The notes under the pieces: generated by a model
What the model was told of the DNA's origin: nothing
Databases searched by the model: none
What the model saw: only the letters and a program-made list of their open reading frames with translations
Made by a program: the position numbers and the translations under genes
DNA from: the human T2T-CHM13v2.0 reference genome, Homo sapiens
Assembly (NCBI RefSeq): GCF_009914755.1
Contig: NC_060938.1
Reading direction: 5' to 3' (one strand)
DNA length: 64,000 nucleotides
In this document: positions 62,460-64,000 of the stretch, in pieces
Layout: every line of letters begins with the position of its first letter
How positions within the stretch are numbered: the first letter of the stretch is position 1

Positions 62460-64000
62460 AATTGGACTGTACGCCCCATGTCACTTCCGAAGGTTACTCG
62501 CGAAGACGGATGCTTTGCCAAGATCCCAGAAGTTTCTGGCGAGCTGCTCACGGACACAAATTAGAAAGACATTCAGGGACCGACCTGGGTGAAGCTAAGC
62601 GCCACGTCCAGCGCTGGGTTCCCCCTTCATCCCTCCCAATATAGGAAAAGGGACAGAAGAGGGCAGCAGCCAAGCAGGAACGCCCAATCAGCCGTCTTCA
62701 CCCCCCCTCCCCTGAGCCAGGTTTCGGGGAGCCGCCCCCTAGCCCTCACGTAGGCCCATTCCCACCCGCCCCTGCCCTGGGCCCGCGACCCCAGGGAGGA
62801 GGGGACGACGGCGGCGAGCGCCCCCACCGGCAGCAGGCGCACCTCCCCAGGGGCAGCTGTCGCCGCGGCCCGCGGGGCCCGGGCCTCCCCGGGAGCAATA
62901 GGCTATCGATTCAGCTGCCTGTCGCTAGGAGCCCCGGGAGAGCGAGGCCTACACCGCCCGGCCGGAGCCCCGGCCTCGATTTCGCCACTTTCCCCAAACC
63001 AGAGGGAGAGCCCGGGGGCAACCAGGCCCGTCTGGGCGAGAGGGAGGAGAAGCAGAGACCACTTGCAACAGCGGCCGCGGGAAACGGGGTGCGGGGCGCC
63101 GGGCTCCCGCCAACAAGTCTCCCGGGGGTCCCCCACCCTACCGCCTGCCTCGCAAGTTGCGCATTCAAGTTCAGGCTGGTGCCCTTTAGCCTCCACAGCC
63201 CTCGCCACTCTCGAAACTGTATTAAAAACAAGACGCAGAAGAGGCCACAACCGAACGAAAGGCGATGGTGCTGGGCCTCTAAGAGCGCCGAGGGGGGCGG
63301 CCCACAGCGACCCTACCGCCCCAGTCACTTCCCCTCTGCAGACCCCGCCAGCCCCCGGGTCGCAGCCCCCGGCCCCTCGGCGTCCGGGTCTGTCACCGCC
63401 CGCTTCCCAGCCCCAAGACCCCTTTTCCTTAACGCCGGCGACGGGGGCTTCAGCTCCCCCTTGCCTCCGGCGCTCCTCGGCCTCCTCACCCTCCACATCC
63501 CCAAAATGCCCCCAGCACCTTTTAAAGTACGCGGAGGAAGAGTTTGCCGTCAAACTTTGTCGAGCGGTAACCTCGCCCCCCTCCCCGACCTACACTTTCA
63601 GGGCAGGCATCAGGAGAGATCACTTTGCACTTGGGATAAAGCGAATTAAGGAGCTGTCAACCATTTTAGGTCTTTTTTATAGAAGACATCCTCTCCTTCC
63701 CCTCCCCCTGCAATGGTTTTAATTTGACACCAAACCTTCCCACCGCAGAAGGGGGTAGAGAAAGGGAGGGGGTGGGGACAGAGGGCAGGAGGAGGGTGAC
63801 GGGGGAGAGCGAGAGGGGGAGGCTGGGAGGGTGCGGGGAGGCGCGGGGAGGGGAAGGGGGTTGATTTACCTGAGACCAGCCACTGGCCTCCATTGTTGGA
63901 GAATTCAATGGCATTGACACAGCCGAAGTGGCCGAGGAGGTCCTTCTTGTAGAGGTTTCTGCAGCCCCGCAGGCGTCTCCTCTGAAAGTCCTGAGTGAGC
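62460..64000. promoter_or_regulatory. CpG island over DCAF5 exon 1 and the start of intron 1
   Basis: Abrupt switch to high GC and dense CpG. Contains GC boxes, CCAAT (62684-62688) and an ETS-type CACTTCCG (62482-62489). Confidence 0.9.
63870..64000 (-). CDS. DCAF5: DCAF5 coding exon 1, 3' part (runs off the window)
   Basis: Translates LTQDFQRRRLRGCRNLYKKDLLGHFGCVNAIEFSNNGGQWLVS(G), matching the recalled DCAF5/WDR22 N-terminus and first WD40. Donor TCAG|GTAAAT, phase 1. Confidence 0.97.

Noticed and set aside
62903-63722. Long overlapping ORFs (186-219 aa) on both strands
   Set aside because: Pro/Gly/Ala/Arg-rich with no recognisable domain; expected from stop-codon depletion in a CpG island.

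Overview
Mammalian, almost certainly human, genomic DNA (primate Alu and L1PA elements) covering the 5' half of DCAF5 (WDR22), a WD40 substrate receptor of the CUL4-DDB1 E3 ligase, on the minus strand. I recognised the gene from the translated exons. The window runs from inside coding exon 1 and its CpG island (right end) through exons 2-6 into intron 6. All junctions are GT-AG and their phases chain into one open frame. A strongly supported alternative terminal exon lies just after exon 6. The rest is intron, dominated by about 30 Alus, L1/L2/MIR remnants, DNA transposons (Tigger3, Charlie1a, MER44, MER20, MER5, MADE2), an MLT2 LTR and a Y3 RNA retrocopy. I found no prokaryote-type system and no new protein-coding gene; nearly all ORF-track entries are repeat-derived or chance. 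The best leads concern DCAF5 isoform control: truncated isoforms from intron 6, a candidate poison exon in intron 1, a frame-preserving 16-nt micro-exon placed so it could be mutually exclusive with exon 5, a NAGNAG acceptor, and exon 2-5 circRNA geometry. Repeat boundaries and subfamilies were called by eye and are approximate.
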